Positions 10,076 through 22,464 of a stretch of 64,000 nucleotides of DNA are shown piece by piece (positions within the stretch are counted from its first letter, which is position 1; each line of letters opens with the position of its first letter). The notes under the pieces were generated by a model. The model saw nothing but the letters and a program-made list of their open reading frames with translations, made no database searches and was not told where the DNA came from. The stretch is taken from positions 496,001 through 560,000 of the forward strand of contig OZ251249.1 in the NCBI GenBank assembly GCA_965240325.2, written 5' to 3'. This DNA comes from Rebecca billardiae RCC1528 (Eukaryota; Protista; Haptophyta). The translations under genes were made by a program, and so were the position numbers.

Positions 10076-12255
10076 CTAGGCGGTGGGGCTCTCCTTGGCG
10101 AGCCCTCGGTCAACCACCTTACGTGCGATGGTGAGCGACAGGTACCGCCCAGGGCAGATGCGCGGGTACTTGCTCTCCTCTGCGGAGAAGGCTTTGCCGT
10201 TCCAGGTGAGCGCGTCGTCCAGGTTGCGCCGCTGCGGGTTGAACTTGTCGGGCTCGGGGAAAACGGCAGGGTCGCGATTCGCGAGCGCGATCACGTACTG
10301 CTCGTACGCGCCCTTAGCGACCAGGCCGACGCCGAGCGGGGACGAGTCCTTCAGCTCGTCGCGAAGCAACGCGGCGCCCGAAGTGACCGGCGGATCGAGT
10401 CGCAGCGTCTCCTGCAAGCGCACGGCGGGAGGGCGGCGTTCGGCGCGCCGGTCGCGACGGTCGGGGCGGCGCCGCGCGCGCTCGACGGCGCTGCGGGAGC
10501 GCACCTTGATGAACGCCTCGGGGTTCTGCCGGTAGAGCGAGAGCAGCTCGGCGGGCTGCTGGTCGAACTGCACGTACTTGTCCGCCACCGTCGCCAGCTT
10601 GCCCCCGAGCGCGGCGACGGTGCTCGCGACCGCGCTGCCCGTGCCGATCACGCCCGCGAAGCAGAAGGCAAACATCACCTCGTCCGCCAGCTGCACGACC
10701 GTTTGCCGCTGGTACCGCGGGTTGAGCGAGTCGTTCGCGGCGAAGAAGACGCTCTCGAGCTTGTACTTGCGCACGATCGCGATCGTCTCCTCGCGCAGGT
10801 GCTGGATCCGCACGAGACCTGCACGCCGCCGGCGCGCGCGCGCGTGCGCGCGCGGAGCGGAGCTGAGCGCAGAGGGCGCGTCGGCACCGCGCGCGCGAGA
10901 GAGAGCGCGGCTCGCGCACGCGGGCCGCGGCTCGGCGGCGCGCGGTGCGGCGCGGCCGCCGCACCAATGTTGAGGAGGAAGCGGTGCACCATGCGCGGGA
11001 GCACGAAGAGCGCCGCCGCCTTCTTCCACGAGGCGAGCGTCTTCGCCTCGGCGTCCGTCACCCAGATGCCAAAGACGACGAAGAAGACGCACTTTGCGAC
11101 GAGGCGCGCCGTGTGCGCGTCGTCCTGCAGCTGCTTGAGGGAGGGCGCCTCCCAGTCGGCGGCGATGCGCTCGTCGAGCAGCGACACGCGCCGCGTGTAC
11201 GCCGCCATGCCCGTGTCGAGGAAGTGCTCGTGCAGCATCGAGCGCAGGTCCTGCCACTCGCTCAGCTCGCCGCGCGTCTTTGCGATGTAGTTAGAGAGGA
11301 AGAGCACGATGCCGCGCGGGAACATCTCGGGCACGACCGCGGTCGTGGCGGCGAACCCGGCGTCGCGCTTCTGCTGCGAGCGCGCGATCTCGTCGACGCG
11401 CTGGTACGTGCACGCCCACGCGCCCTCGGACTGCCAGAACCACACACCGTCGCCGAAGCGCTTGCGCGCCTCGAGCTGGAACGCCAGCCGCGAGCCCGAC
11501 ACAGCGAGCGAGATGAGCGTGGCGAGCGCGTACACCCACCACAGCGGCGCGTCCACCAGCGGACGGCCGCGCCGCGCGGAGTTCTTCGTGGCGAGCGAGA
11601 GCGAGCGGAAGAAGCGGGGCGAGAGGGCGGCGGCGATGGCGATGGGTAGGCAGAGCGGCAGCGTGCCCCACATCAGCACCACCGAGAGCCACGTGTCCGC
11701 CGGCTCGACGTTCTCCGGGTGGCCGGCCACCTGCTTGGCGATCGAGCCCCACTTGTCGCGCTTCGCGCGCGGCCACATTTTGTTGCGCTTGCGCCCGGGG
11801 TCGTACGCGATGAGCACGCGGGCGTAGCAGTAGCACGAGCAGAACGACACGACCAGCGCGCCGACGCCCACGTCCGCCGCCAGCGTCTTGCTGTCGAGCG
11901 CGAGGAGCGCGGCGATGAACGCGACGATCCCGATCGACAGCACCGTGCCGACGGTCATCACCCAGAGCGGCATCGAGTCGGCGACCTTGGGCGTGCACGC
12001 GGCGCAGGCGATGCATGAGAGCAGCGCGACGGCCATCACGCCGATGAGCACCTCCACGCCCGCGAGCTCGAGCGGCGTCGAGTGCAGCGGCGACGCGTCG
12101 ACGAGGTTGGCGCCAATGTACGCGAGCAGCGAGATGCCCACGATGATGGCGACGATGCCGAGGCAGAAGTGCGCCTCGACGTTCGCGTCGGGCACCGCCT
12201 TGCCCCCCTCCTCCTCCTCCCACTCCTCCTCCTCGAACGGCTGGAAGCGCGTCAT
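10076..12255 (-). CDS. Cytochrome P450, CYP74-clan-like, with multi-pass transmembrane N-terminal extension
   Basis: Exons 12255-10965, 10818-10505 and 10411-10076. K-helix KETLR, ANRDPAVFPEPDKFNPQR (PERF region), heme loop LTWNGKAFSAEESKYPRICPG and I-helix FAFCFAGVIGT. Confidence 0.88.
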
Positions 12256-12795
12256 CTCAGCGCCGCGCAATGAGGCGCTGCTGCGCGGCCCCCGACTCCC
12301 GCGCTCAGCGCTGTCGAGGCGAGAGCGCCAAAGCTGAGACGTCGGGCGGCTTGTGTGCTGCCGCGGAGTTGAGTGTCCGGGCCGCTCGTCGCACCAACTG
12401 CACTCACCGGACAGTCAATGCTGAACAGTGTTGCAGTGGCACTACTCGACAGTCAAATCCGTCACGTCATCAATCACTCAATCACTGACACTAATCCGTG
12501 ACGAGACACAGCATTGCTGCTGACACTCACTAGTCGTCACTCGGTCTGACAGTCAGGCACGCCGTCATGCGCGACTAGTGCTCTGAAATCACTTCACTGT
12601 CACGTCGTCAGCGCAAGCAATGACGAGGCGGCGGTTGCCAATGCCATCGACATCGTCAATGTCATCAGGCCAGCACTCAGCAGTCGCGCACCCCGGCGGA
12701 CACGACTCAGACTCAGAGTGAGGCCGAACTCTGCTGACGAGTCTGATCACTCTGATCAACTGATGACTGCATATCACTCGGCCGCAGCGGCAGTC

Positions 12796-15136
12796 TCACG
12801 AGCCGACGCTTGACGTCGCGTCCACGTCGTCGTCGTCGGCCTCCTCGTCCTCGCCGCCGCCCGCGCCCGGGTCGGAGGGCTCGGGCGTCTCGAGGTCATC
12901 TTCGTACTCCTCGTCGCCGTAGTCCTCCTCCTCGGCCTCGCCACCCGCGGCGGTGGCGGCGGCGGCGGCGATGGCGGCCGCTGCGCCGCCGGCGGCCTCA
13001 GCGGAGGCGCCATCGTGCGCTGCGCCGCCGGCTTCGGCAGCGCCTGCCTCCTGCGAGGGCACGTCGCTCGCGGCCTGAGCAGCCACCGCGCCCAGCGGCT
13101 CGCTGCCGTCCTCGGCGCCGCTCCCGCCCTCCTCGGCCGCGCCACCGCCACCGTACGCGCGCGTGTGCGGCTCAGCCGCGGCCCCAGCCATCGGCGGCTG
13201 CGCTCCGGACGCCCCGTCCTCGCCCTCCTCGGCTGTGCCCTCCTCGGCTGTGCCCTCCTCGGCTGTGCCCTCCTCGGCTGTGCGCGCGGACCCATCCCCA
13301 TCCGCCGCCTCGGGCGTGCCGGGGGCCCGCGCCGCCGCCCCCGCCGCGCCCGCGACGGGCTCCTCTGCTGGCTCCGCGGGCGCGGGCTGTGCCGGGCTGC
13401 CCGGCTCAGCAGCGGCCGCATCGGCATGCACCTCGGCTTGCACCGCACCGCCCGCGGCCGCGTCCCCGGCCGAGCCCGCGCGCGCGGGCTGCTCCGACGG
13501 CGCGGGCTGAGGCACGGCGGCAGCCTGCGGCTGCTCACGCGCTGCTGCCTCCTCCTCGTCGTCGTCGTCCTCGTCCTCCTCCTCGGCCGCCCCGTCCAGC
13601 AGCATGGCGCGCGTGTAGAACAGCGGCCCTGACGGCAGCGTGATCACGATCTCCTCGTCCCCGCGCGCCTCAACCGCGGGCGCCACGCACGCGTGCCGCA
13701 CGAGCTCGTCCAGGAAGAGCGCGGCCTCAGCCGCACCCTGCGCGGGGGCGGCGCACGCGCGCGTGCACGTGCGACGCGGCGCGTCGGCGCGTCAGCGCGG
13801 CGCGCGCGCGGCGGCCACGCGCGCTCTCGCCTGCCCTCGCGCGCCCTCGTGCCGCGCGGCCGCGCGCGCTCGCTGTCCGCACCATGTGCCTGCGCGCCGC
13901 CTCCGCCCAGACCTCGCCCAGCTCGGCGGCGGAGAGGCCGTGCACGCGGGAGGCGCACGCGGTGCGCAGCTGGGCGAGGCTGAGGCCGTCGGTGCTGCCC
14001 AGCCGCGCGTCCTCCGCCGCGGCCTGCAGCAGCAGCAGCCCCGCCTGCGAGAGCGTCGGCGGGATGGCGGAGTTGGACGCGGTCGAGAGGCCCGCTGCCG
14101 CCATGTCGTCCAGGGAGAGAGAGCCGTCGCCGCCGCCGCCCCCGCCGCCCCCGCCGCGCGCGCCGCCCGAGCCGCGGCCGGCGGCGCCGCCCGAGCCGTG
14201 CGCGCGGCCCCCGCCGCCGATCGGCCCGAGCGGTTGCCGCTGCCCCGCGCCGGCCATCCGGTTGCTCACGTGCGGCAGCCCGCCCTCCTCCTCCGCGTGC
14301 CCCTGGCCGGGCCCCTGGCCGGGCCCCTGGCCGGGCCCCTGGCCGTACTCGTCTGACAGCCCGATCTGCAGCAGCTCGTCCTCGCCCACGCTCACGCTCG
14401 AGCTGAGCTGCATGAGCGGGCGCGGCGGCGGGAGGCGCGCGATCATGCGGCCGCGCGCGCGCGACATGGAGTAGTCCTCCTCGAACTGCCGTGCGCTGTA
14501 CACCGGCTGCTGCGAGACGATCCGCCGCACGATGCCCTGCGGCGCGCGCGCGCGGCGCGGCAGGTGGCGGGGGGCGGCGCGGCAGGTGGCGGGGGGCGGC
14601 GCGGCAGGTGGCGGGGGCGAGCGCCGCGCATGCTCGGCGGAGGGGCGGGGATGCGGCGCGGGCTGCGCCACGCGCGGCGTGCGAGAGGCGCGCCACCGCG
14701 GGCCGCGCGCGCGCCGGCCGCGCACCTCGTTCTCCTTGGCCACGCGCATGCGCTCGCGCCGCCTCTTCTCCTCGTTGAGCGAGCGCGGCCCGACCTTGTA
14801 CGCGCGCGAGCTGGGCTGGTCGGTGAGCATGATGGTCTGCAGCTTGTCGAGTAGCATGCGGTTCTCGCGCTCGATGCTCTCGTACCGCTCGTCGTCGCGC
14901 AGCGCCTTCTTCGCGTTGTGCGCCATGTGCCGGTAGCGGCGCGGCGCGCTCGTGTCGATCGTGCTCTTGGCCGCGTTCAGCCGCTTGTAGTGCGCGCGCT
15001 GGGCGCGCGCGACGGCGCGGCGCTCGATCACGCCCGCGCGCGGGTTGGAGAAGCGCTCCGCGCCGCGAAGCCGCGGCAGCGACAGGTGCTCCGCCGAGTC
15101 GTAGTACCCGTACCCCTCGTCGTACGGCGGTTCCAT
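12796..15136 (-). CDS. CFAP97/KIAA1430 (Hemingway)-domain protein with long acidic low-complexity C-terminus
   Basis: Exons 15136-14726, 14536-13883 and 13737-12796. Motifs HYKRLNAAKSTIDTSAP, IERENRMLLDKL, SLNEEKRRRERMRVAKEN and RIVSQQPVY. Confidence 0.8.
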
Positions 15137-15518
15137 TGTGCGCGAGGGCTGTGGGGGGGCGGGGGCGCCACCCTCGTGAATGTCGTTTCAGGAATTCAGG
15201 GCGCATCGGCCCCGAGCCGGCCGGCCCATAACAACCGCGTCCGGGTCTATCGTTTCTTTTTGGGCAGGCCATACTCTGAAACCTGAGGCCATGTAACGTC
15301 CTGTCGGTCTCCGGGTATCTATCGGGTCATAGTGGCCTGTCTTTTTTTAGGCGCGCGCTGATACTGAGACTAGTCGCTTTCGGTTGCGGCTTGTTGGGGC
15401 GCGGCGGACCCAGATCGCCAAGGGGCACTGCCTGCGCCAACTTGGGGCCGCCATGGTGGGAACCGTGGCATCTTTTGTGGAGTAGGCGGCGCACCCAGCC
15501 TCGCCGGGCGCACGGCGC

Positions 15519-18500
15519 ATGCTGCGCGCATTCCGGCGGCGGCCGAAGAGCCCGGTGCACCCGGCCGGCGCCAATGATCGCTCGCCCAGGCGCGCCTCGC
15601 CCGCGGCCGGCGCGGACACCGCGCCGGTCGCCGAGCCGGCGCTCGCGCGCTGGCTGGGCACGAGCGGCCCGGGCGAGACGCTCGACGCGGAGGAGATGGA
15701 GCGGCGGCGCTACGTGTTCCGCATGATCGCGCTGCGGCTGTCAGCGCTCACCGACGAGCAGGCGCTGCGCCTGCTCACGCGCGACCGCTCGCTGCTGCCC
15801 ATCGCTGTGCGCGCGTGCGCGGACGAGCGCGCGCGCGCCGCGGACGGCGGCTTTGGCGAGTTCCTCGCGCTGCTCTGCTCCGACCTGGCGTACACCGACG
15901 AGTTCCGCGAGCCGATGCGGCGGGACAACCACCGCGAGCGCGTGCTGCGCAAGCACGCCGCGCTCCTCAAAAAGCGGCGCGACAGCCTGCGCGGCGCGCC
16001 CGACGCCCCCGCCGCCGCCGCCGCCGCCGCGCCGCCGCCGCTCTCGGCGGCGGCGGCGGACGAGTGGCTCGCGCGGCTGGAGGAGGGCGGCGAGGCGGTG
16101 GAGCGCACGCTGGGCGAGCAGCTCGCGCTGCGCGTCCTCCCCGCCCTCGCCCACTCCGAGGCGTACGGCGCCCTCCTCGGCGCGCGCCTCTGGGCGCTGC
16201 GCACGCGGCTGCCGTGCCTGGATGACTTTGTGCTGTACGAGCGGCTGGGGGTGGGCGGCTCGGGGCTGGTGCTGCTCGCGAGGCTGCGCACCACGGGCGG
16301 GTGCGCGCGCGCGCACCCGCCGCCGCGTGCTGTGCTGCGCGGCGCGGCGCGGCGCGGCGCGCTCCCCCCGCATGGACTCACCCGCCGCGTGTGCCGTGCT
16401 CGCCGCCCGCTGCCGCCCGCTGCCGCCCGCTGCCGCGCGCTGCCGTGCGCAGGCTGTACGCGCTCAAGGTGATGTCCAAGCTGCAGGTGGCGAGGCTGCG
16501 GCTGCAGGCGGCGGTGTACCGCGAGCGCCAGGCGCTGCTGATGGTGAACCACCCCGGCCTCGTGCGCGTGCGCTGGTGCTTCCAGACGTCCACGCTGCTG
16601 TGCGTCGTGATGGAGTACGTGCCAGGAGGCAACATGTACCGCGAGCTGCGGCAGCACGGACCCTTCAGCACACGCGCCGCGCGGCTGTACGCGGCGCAGC
16701 TCGTGCTCGCGGTGGCGCACCTGCACGCCCACGGGCTGCTGTACCGCGACCTCAAGCCGGACAACGTGCTGCTCGCGCCGGACGGGCGGTGCATCCTCAC
16801 CGACCTCGGCACCGTGCGCGGCCTCGAGCCCTCGGGCGCGTTTGGGTCGACGCCGGCGGCGCTCGCGGCGACGGCCAAGCAGCCACCCGTCTCGCACGAC
16901 GGCGCGCACGGCGGCGCGGGGCAGCCGTACCGCACGCTCGCCGGCGGCGCGCCCGTCGGCACGTCCGCGGGCGTGGCCGACTCTGTGCGCGCGCCGAGCG
17001 TCTCCGGCAGCACGCCCTCCGTCGTCGACGGCGGCGGCGGCGGCGGCGGCGGCGGAGGTCGCGAGGGCGCGGCGGCAGAGGCTGGGAGGCGGCCGACGCT
17101 GTGGCAGCGCGTGCGCACCGCGCTCTCGGCGCGGCGCGGGCGCGGGCCGCGGCTCGGGCGCGGCAAGCGCAGCAAGCGCGGCATCTCGCCCGAGCGCGCC
17201 GAGCGCGACGACCACGCCGCCGCCGCGGGCGGCATGCTCGTTGTCGGCGGCGACCGCGGCGGCGGCGGGGGCGGCAACGGGTACCAGTTTGGCACGCACG
17301 GCACGCACGGGGCGCACGGGGCGCACGGCGCGCAGACGGCGCCCTCGCCGCGGCTCGCGCAGCCGCCGCCGGAGCAGACGCTGCTCGGCCGCTGGCCGTC
17401 TGCCACCGTGATGCTGAGCAGCGTGATCCCTGCGCACGGCAGCGCGCGCCGCTCCTCCGGCGCGAGCACGACCAACCGCTCGCGCTTCAACTCGTCCGCC
17501 GCGCTCTCGACCGCCGAGTCCGCCTACTCGACGCGCAAGGAGTCGCTGCGCAGAGACTCGGCGCGCAGGGCGGCGCAGGGGGGCGTGCTCGGCTTCGGGC
17601 CGGATGACGTGGCGCTGGGCGCGCGGCGCGTCGAGGAGGACCCGCCGCCCTCGCGCCCGCGCCCGGCGCTGGCGCGCATGACCATCACAGGCGCGCGCCG
17701 CGGCGCGCGCGCGCGCGCACCCGCCCGGCCGCGGCGCGCGCGGCGCAGCGGCGCGCTCAGCCGCCGCCGCCCGCCCCGCCCGCGCCGCCCGCTGTGCGCC
17801 TCGCGCAGGCACGCACGGGTACCGCGCGCCCGAGGTGTTCGAGAAGTGGTACGGCCCGCCCGCCGACTACTGGACGATCGGGCTGCTGATTGGCGAGATG
17901 CTGCTGGGCAAGAACATCTACAGAGGCGGGGACAAGCACGCGTCCAGGCGCAAGCTCTTCGACGAGAGGCCCGAGGAGGAGATCGACGAGGAGCTCGACG
18001 ACGCGCACGCGATCGGCGTGATCCGCGCGTTCCTCGAGCGCGACCCCGCGCAGCGGCTCGGCTCGGAGGCGCGCGGCGGCCTGGAGGGCATCATGGCGCA
18101 CCCCTTCTTTGCAGCCGTCGACTGGGACGCGCTCGCGGCGCCCGACCGCCGCCCGCTGCACCCGACGCCGCGCGTGCGCTCCGAGCCGCCCTCGCGCCAC
18201 CTGCACGCGCCCTTCGGCGGCTCCTCGCTCGAGCGCATCTCCGCGCACTGCGCGGACGTGCCGCACCTGCGCACCGCCACCTCGGCCGAGGACCTCGCAG
18301 AGGTGCGCGCGCTGCGCGGCTCTGAGCACTTTGACGGGTACGAGTACGCCTCGCCCATGCTGCTGTGCGACGACCTCGAAGTGGCGCTCGACAGCCGCCT
18401 GCCCGGCACGGGCACGGACGACCGCAGCAGCGGGGGCAGGCGCTCGCACGGCGGCTCGCAGTCGCAGTCGCAGTCGCAGTCGCACGCGGCGCCCCGCGCA

Positions 18501-18647
18501 AAGGACGGCGCGGCCGCGGCGGCCTCGCAGGGCGGCGCGGCGGGCCAAGACGCGGCGGCGCTGCAGCTCGTCGCCGCAGGGCGCAGCGGGCCAGCCGCCG
18601 CCGCTGCCGCTGCCGCGACACCCAGCGCATCTGCGGCGGCATCGTGA
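15519..18647 (+). CDS. AGC-group Ser/Thr kinase, GRK-like, with about 290-aa activation-segment insert
   Basis: Exons 15519-16300, 16453-17690 and 17809-18647; intron 2 is GC-AG. Motifs LGVGGSG, YALKVMSK, YRDLKPDN, TDLG, GTHGYRAPE and ADYWTIG. Confidence 0.85.
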
Positions 18648-18794
18648 GTCGATTGTATTGTGCGCGCCGGCCAGTGGCAGCCGCCTTGGCGCGCGGGCGC
18701 ACGCGGGCGGCCCCCGCACGGCGGGCGCACGGGCACTCTCGGCGCCACGCCGGGCTGACGCGCCCGTGGCCGTCGCGGACGGTCGCGGGAGTAG

Positions 18795-18819
18795 TATATA
18801 TATATATATATATATATAT
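18795..18819. repeat. (TA)n microsatellite
   Basis: Perfect TA run. Confidence 0.95.
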
Positions 18820-21800
18820 CACAGCGCAAGATTTCGGAAAAGATGTCGTTACGGGCCCCCCCCTGCACCCGCCCGCTCGCGGAAATTCAGCATGGCGAGG
18901 CGCGGCGCGCTGAAGGGCGGGGAGCGTGCGCGCGCAGTCCCAGACTACCCCGACGAATTTCCCCGAGCGTCTCCCCATCGATCCAAGACACCCCGCCCTG
19001 CCCACAGCTCGAGATCGGAACAGGTGCAGTTGAGGTCGCGTGCCGCGCGGGCGGCTCGGGCGCCAGTGCGCACCTTTTTTTACGGATGGCCACAGAACAC
19101 CCTTCTTCCTCGGTGAGGAGGCCATGCACGGCAGCCACAGGTGCGTATGCATTCGACTGAAGCCTGATCCGTAGCCGGCTGCTGCTCCGAGCACGCACGC
19201 CGCTCGAGTTTGGAGCTGCGCGGCACTAGCACTTCTCCGAGGCGATGATGCCAGGCGTATGGGGTCAGATCACTGCGATGGCGCGCGAGGAGGGCGGCGA
19301 CTAGGCGTCGCCGCCAGGCGATAACGGCGGAAGTTGTTGCGGCCCCGCCTCTCGCGGCCCCGCCTGCAGCACTCCGCTTACGGCGTTCGTGTCCACCGCC
19401 CAGATCGAGCCCTCAGAGCGGATGCGGCTCGACGCCTCACACGGCGGGTGCAACCTGCAGCGCCGCCCCGCATGACCCAGCTGCCCGCGCGGCAGCTGCC
19501 GAGACCACGTGCCCGCGGCTCGACCCCTCCGTGTTGACCGCCGCCGTGTCACTACCGCCGCCTGGCCGTGCCGACTGCCCGCTGCCCACACCCTTCCACC
19601 TCCCTGCTGCCCGTGCAAGCCGGAGCTCGCCACCAGCTGCCCGCACTCGTCGACGAGACGCCGATCGCTGGCCCGGCCCATTGCTCATCGCCCGCCGCCC
19701 GCACGTCCGCGCCGCGGCGCCCGCCGCACGGCACGCAGCTCTCGGCGGCAAGCATTGCTGCCCTGGACGGCAGCGCCGACCTGCTCGCGATCCACGTTGC
19801 CGAACTGTCGGAGGCGAACGTGCGCAAGAGCTGTGAGCTGAGCGCCGTGCCGAGACTCGAGAAGCAGCTGCACGCGGAGCGCGCTGCAGCAGCCGAACGG
19901 ACGGCGGCGGCCGCCGAGACGATGGCTGCACTTAGGGTGCTGCTCGGCGTGGCCGAGGCCAAGTGGCGCGCAGCCTCGGCCGATGCCGCCGCGAGCAAGC
20001 CTGCTCGGCAAACCGCTGCGTTCGCGCTTGCCGCTGCTGCTCGGCGTGAGGCGCGCGCGCACGTGGCCGAGCGCGCTGCCGCGCGCGAGGAAGGCGCGGA
20101 GGAGCTTGGGCGGCTCGAAGCGGACCTGGCTCCTGCGCACGAGGTGACACGTGCGGGGTGCGGGCGCGCGTCCCAGGCGCGTGCAAGCTCGAGCTCGCGC
20201 GCGAAGGACTCGGCGCCAAGCCTCCGCGCACGAGAGCGCGGCGGAGGCGGTGGCGGCGGTGCGGCAGCGGCGCACGAGCAGCGAGCAGCCGCGCCATCCA
20301 GTCGGACGAGCAGTGATGAAGTGCTTCAAAGCTCGGAGTCGGATTCACCGTTCACGTCGGTCACGGCCTGCCACGCAGCTGTCGGACTGAGTCCCGGTCC
20401 CGGTCATCGTCCGGCGCTGAGTCGTGACTCGTGGCAGCAGCCGCGCCCGGCGGCGCTGGCGCGCGCCGGCCCGGGCCGGCGGCGGCTCACGGGTAGCAGT
20501 CGCCTGACCATGTTAGAGTCGTGTTATCGACGACCAGTAGGACCGTACGTCGTGAGAGTCATCGCGGAGGCTGCTGAGTCAGCTGCGCCCGACCCGCTCC
20601 GCGCGCCTCCGGTCAGCCTCCGCGCCCGCGGCCGCCTCCGCCGCGCGGGGCCGGCCGATCGGGCACGGTCAGCCGCGCGTAGTCCGCGAAATTTCAACTT
20701 GAATCTTGATTCGTCCGCGACCGGTCCGCGAGTAACCGGCGGTAGTGTGAGCCGTGCTGACTGCGTGACGCCGCGGCCGGGCCCGGGCGCGCGGGTGCCA
20801 GTAGCTATACTATAGATACTAGCTAGGCCCCGGGTGCCAGTAGCTACTGGCACCCGGGCGGTAGCTACTGGCACCCGCGCGCCACCGGTGACCCGCCCTG
20901 CCGCGGCCGCTGTCAGGCCGCTGCCCGATTGACCCGGCGGCGAGTGAGAGTCCCCGTCAGCTCTCATGATGGCCTCACGCGAGGATCGCGCCGGTACGGA
21001 CCGCTGCGACGACTGGTGGCGCGCGCCGACTTCTGTCTGTCTCGTGCAGCGAGCGAGCCGCGGCGCCGGCGGCAGCGGCGGCAGCCGTCGCGCCGCCGAC
21101 TGCTGCGCTGGCTGCTGCGGCGGCGGCGGAGCTTCAACGGCGGCGAGCCGCGCGGCCCGCGCGGTCCGGGCACAGAGCGGCTGTGACACGGGATGCCGGA
21201 CCGTCCCGCCGAGCGGCAACGGTCGTCACGGGCTGCACGTTGGGCTCGGACACGGCCGTGGTGAGGTTGACGAGCGCAAGTACGACCTCGCCGTTGTGCA
21301 TGAACTTGAGCGAGATGACCGCGCTGAACGAGCAGACCAAGTCTGTTCGGCACGCCTCGCCGCGCGTGCGTCGAGGCCGAGGAAGGCTGGGTTCTCAGGA
21401 ACGGTACTGCAGGCGACGGTGCACGCCGAGCGGACGTTCTGCTCCACCACCTCCATACCGCCGAGCGCGACGAACTCGGGCGCACACAGTGCCTCGCGCA
21501 GGAACGCAGCAGTCAAGCCGCTTGCCGCCTGCCGGTCACGTCGCCGAGTCACGCCGCAGCCGCTCATGAATCTTGCGCACCTGCGCGACGAAGAGGGCGG
21601 CGCTGCACGCGGACATGCAGATAGCGAGGTGCGCGACGTGCAACGCGTTCATCGCCGTCGCCAGAGCGCTACCAGACCCACACATCGCCTGCCATGCCGC
21701 CTCGACCGCCTCGCGCGAGCTCCACAAACAGTGCGCTTCTGCCGCGCGAGCACGCTCTGCTGTGTGATCTGGTTGGTGTACCGGTGAAAATGCATCGAGG

Positions 21801-22420
21801 GGCCCTTCGTATGCGGCATTAGACCTCGCACGTCCTTCTCCCCGCCCTTCTTTCACGCCAAGTGTCTGCGCGCGCGGCGATCCGCGGCGGCGGGCAGATG
21901 CGGCCACATGCAGGCGAGCGGCAGAAAGGGCGCGCGTGCATGGTGAACGCGTCAGATGCAGGATACGTGATGCGCATTTTGGGCATCTACACTCCGATCC
22001 CGCCCATCGCCACTTATTCGCCAGACCCGCATCTCCAAGGGGCTCGGCGCTGTGCGCGCCTCCGCGCGCGCGAATGTTCAAATCATGGCCGCGCGTGCAA
22101 ACGGGGTGCAGGTGGACGATGGATGCGGCGGAGCGATTCCTGCGCCGCGCCGCAAATGCGGGGAACTGTATTGCGCAGCTGAAGCGCACGCACCATCGCG
22201 GCCCAGCCAAGCCGCTCGGTCCCAGGCCGACGCCAGCTGGCGACGTTCGTCGCGCGATGGGCGATTTCGACGACATCGCGAAGCGCTCGACCAATTCGCC
22301 TCCGGCCGTCCGCCGGCCGCGTCCAACTGCCGGCGAGGGAGCCGGGTCGGCAGTTATCGCATTTTTTTAATGGGTTCGCCGAATTAGCTTACGGTCGTGG
22401 CTGGCGGGCGATCCTGCGCT

Positions 22421-22423
<3 letters not shown>
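18820..22423. mobile_element. Non-autonomous DNA transposon with CACAG termini (CACTA/CMC-like) inserted in (TA)n
   Basis: Left end CACAGCGCAAGAT (18820-18832) and right end ATCCTGCGCTGTG (22411-22423) form 13-bp TIRs with 1 mismatch. Both ends directly abut TA runs. No transposase recognised inside. Confidence 0.7.
20786..20883. repeat. Nested palindrome / mini fold-back
   Basis: Perfect 22-bp inverted repeats at 20786-20807 and 20862-20883 enclose the perfect 30-bp palindrome CCCGGGTGCCAGTAGCTACTGGCACCCGGG (20829-20858). Confidence 0.9.

Positions 22424-22461
<38 letters not shown>
22424..22461. repeat. (TA)n microsatellite shared by two mobile elements
   Basis: Perfect TA run between the CACAG element's right end and the retrotransposon's 3' end. 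Confidence 0.95.
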
Positions 22462-22464
<3 letters not shown>

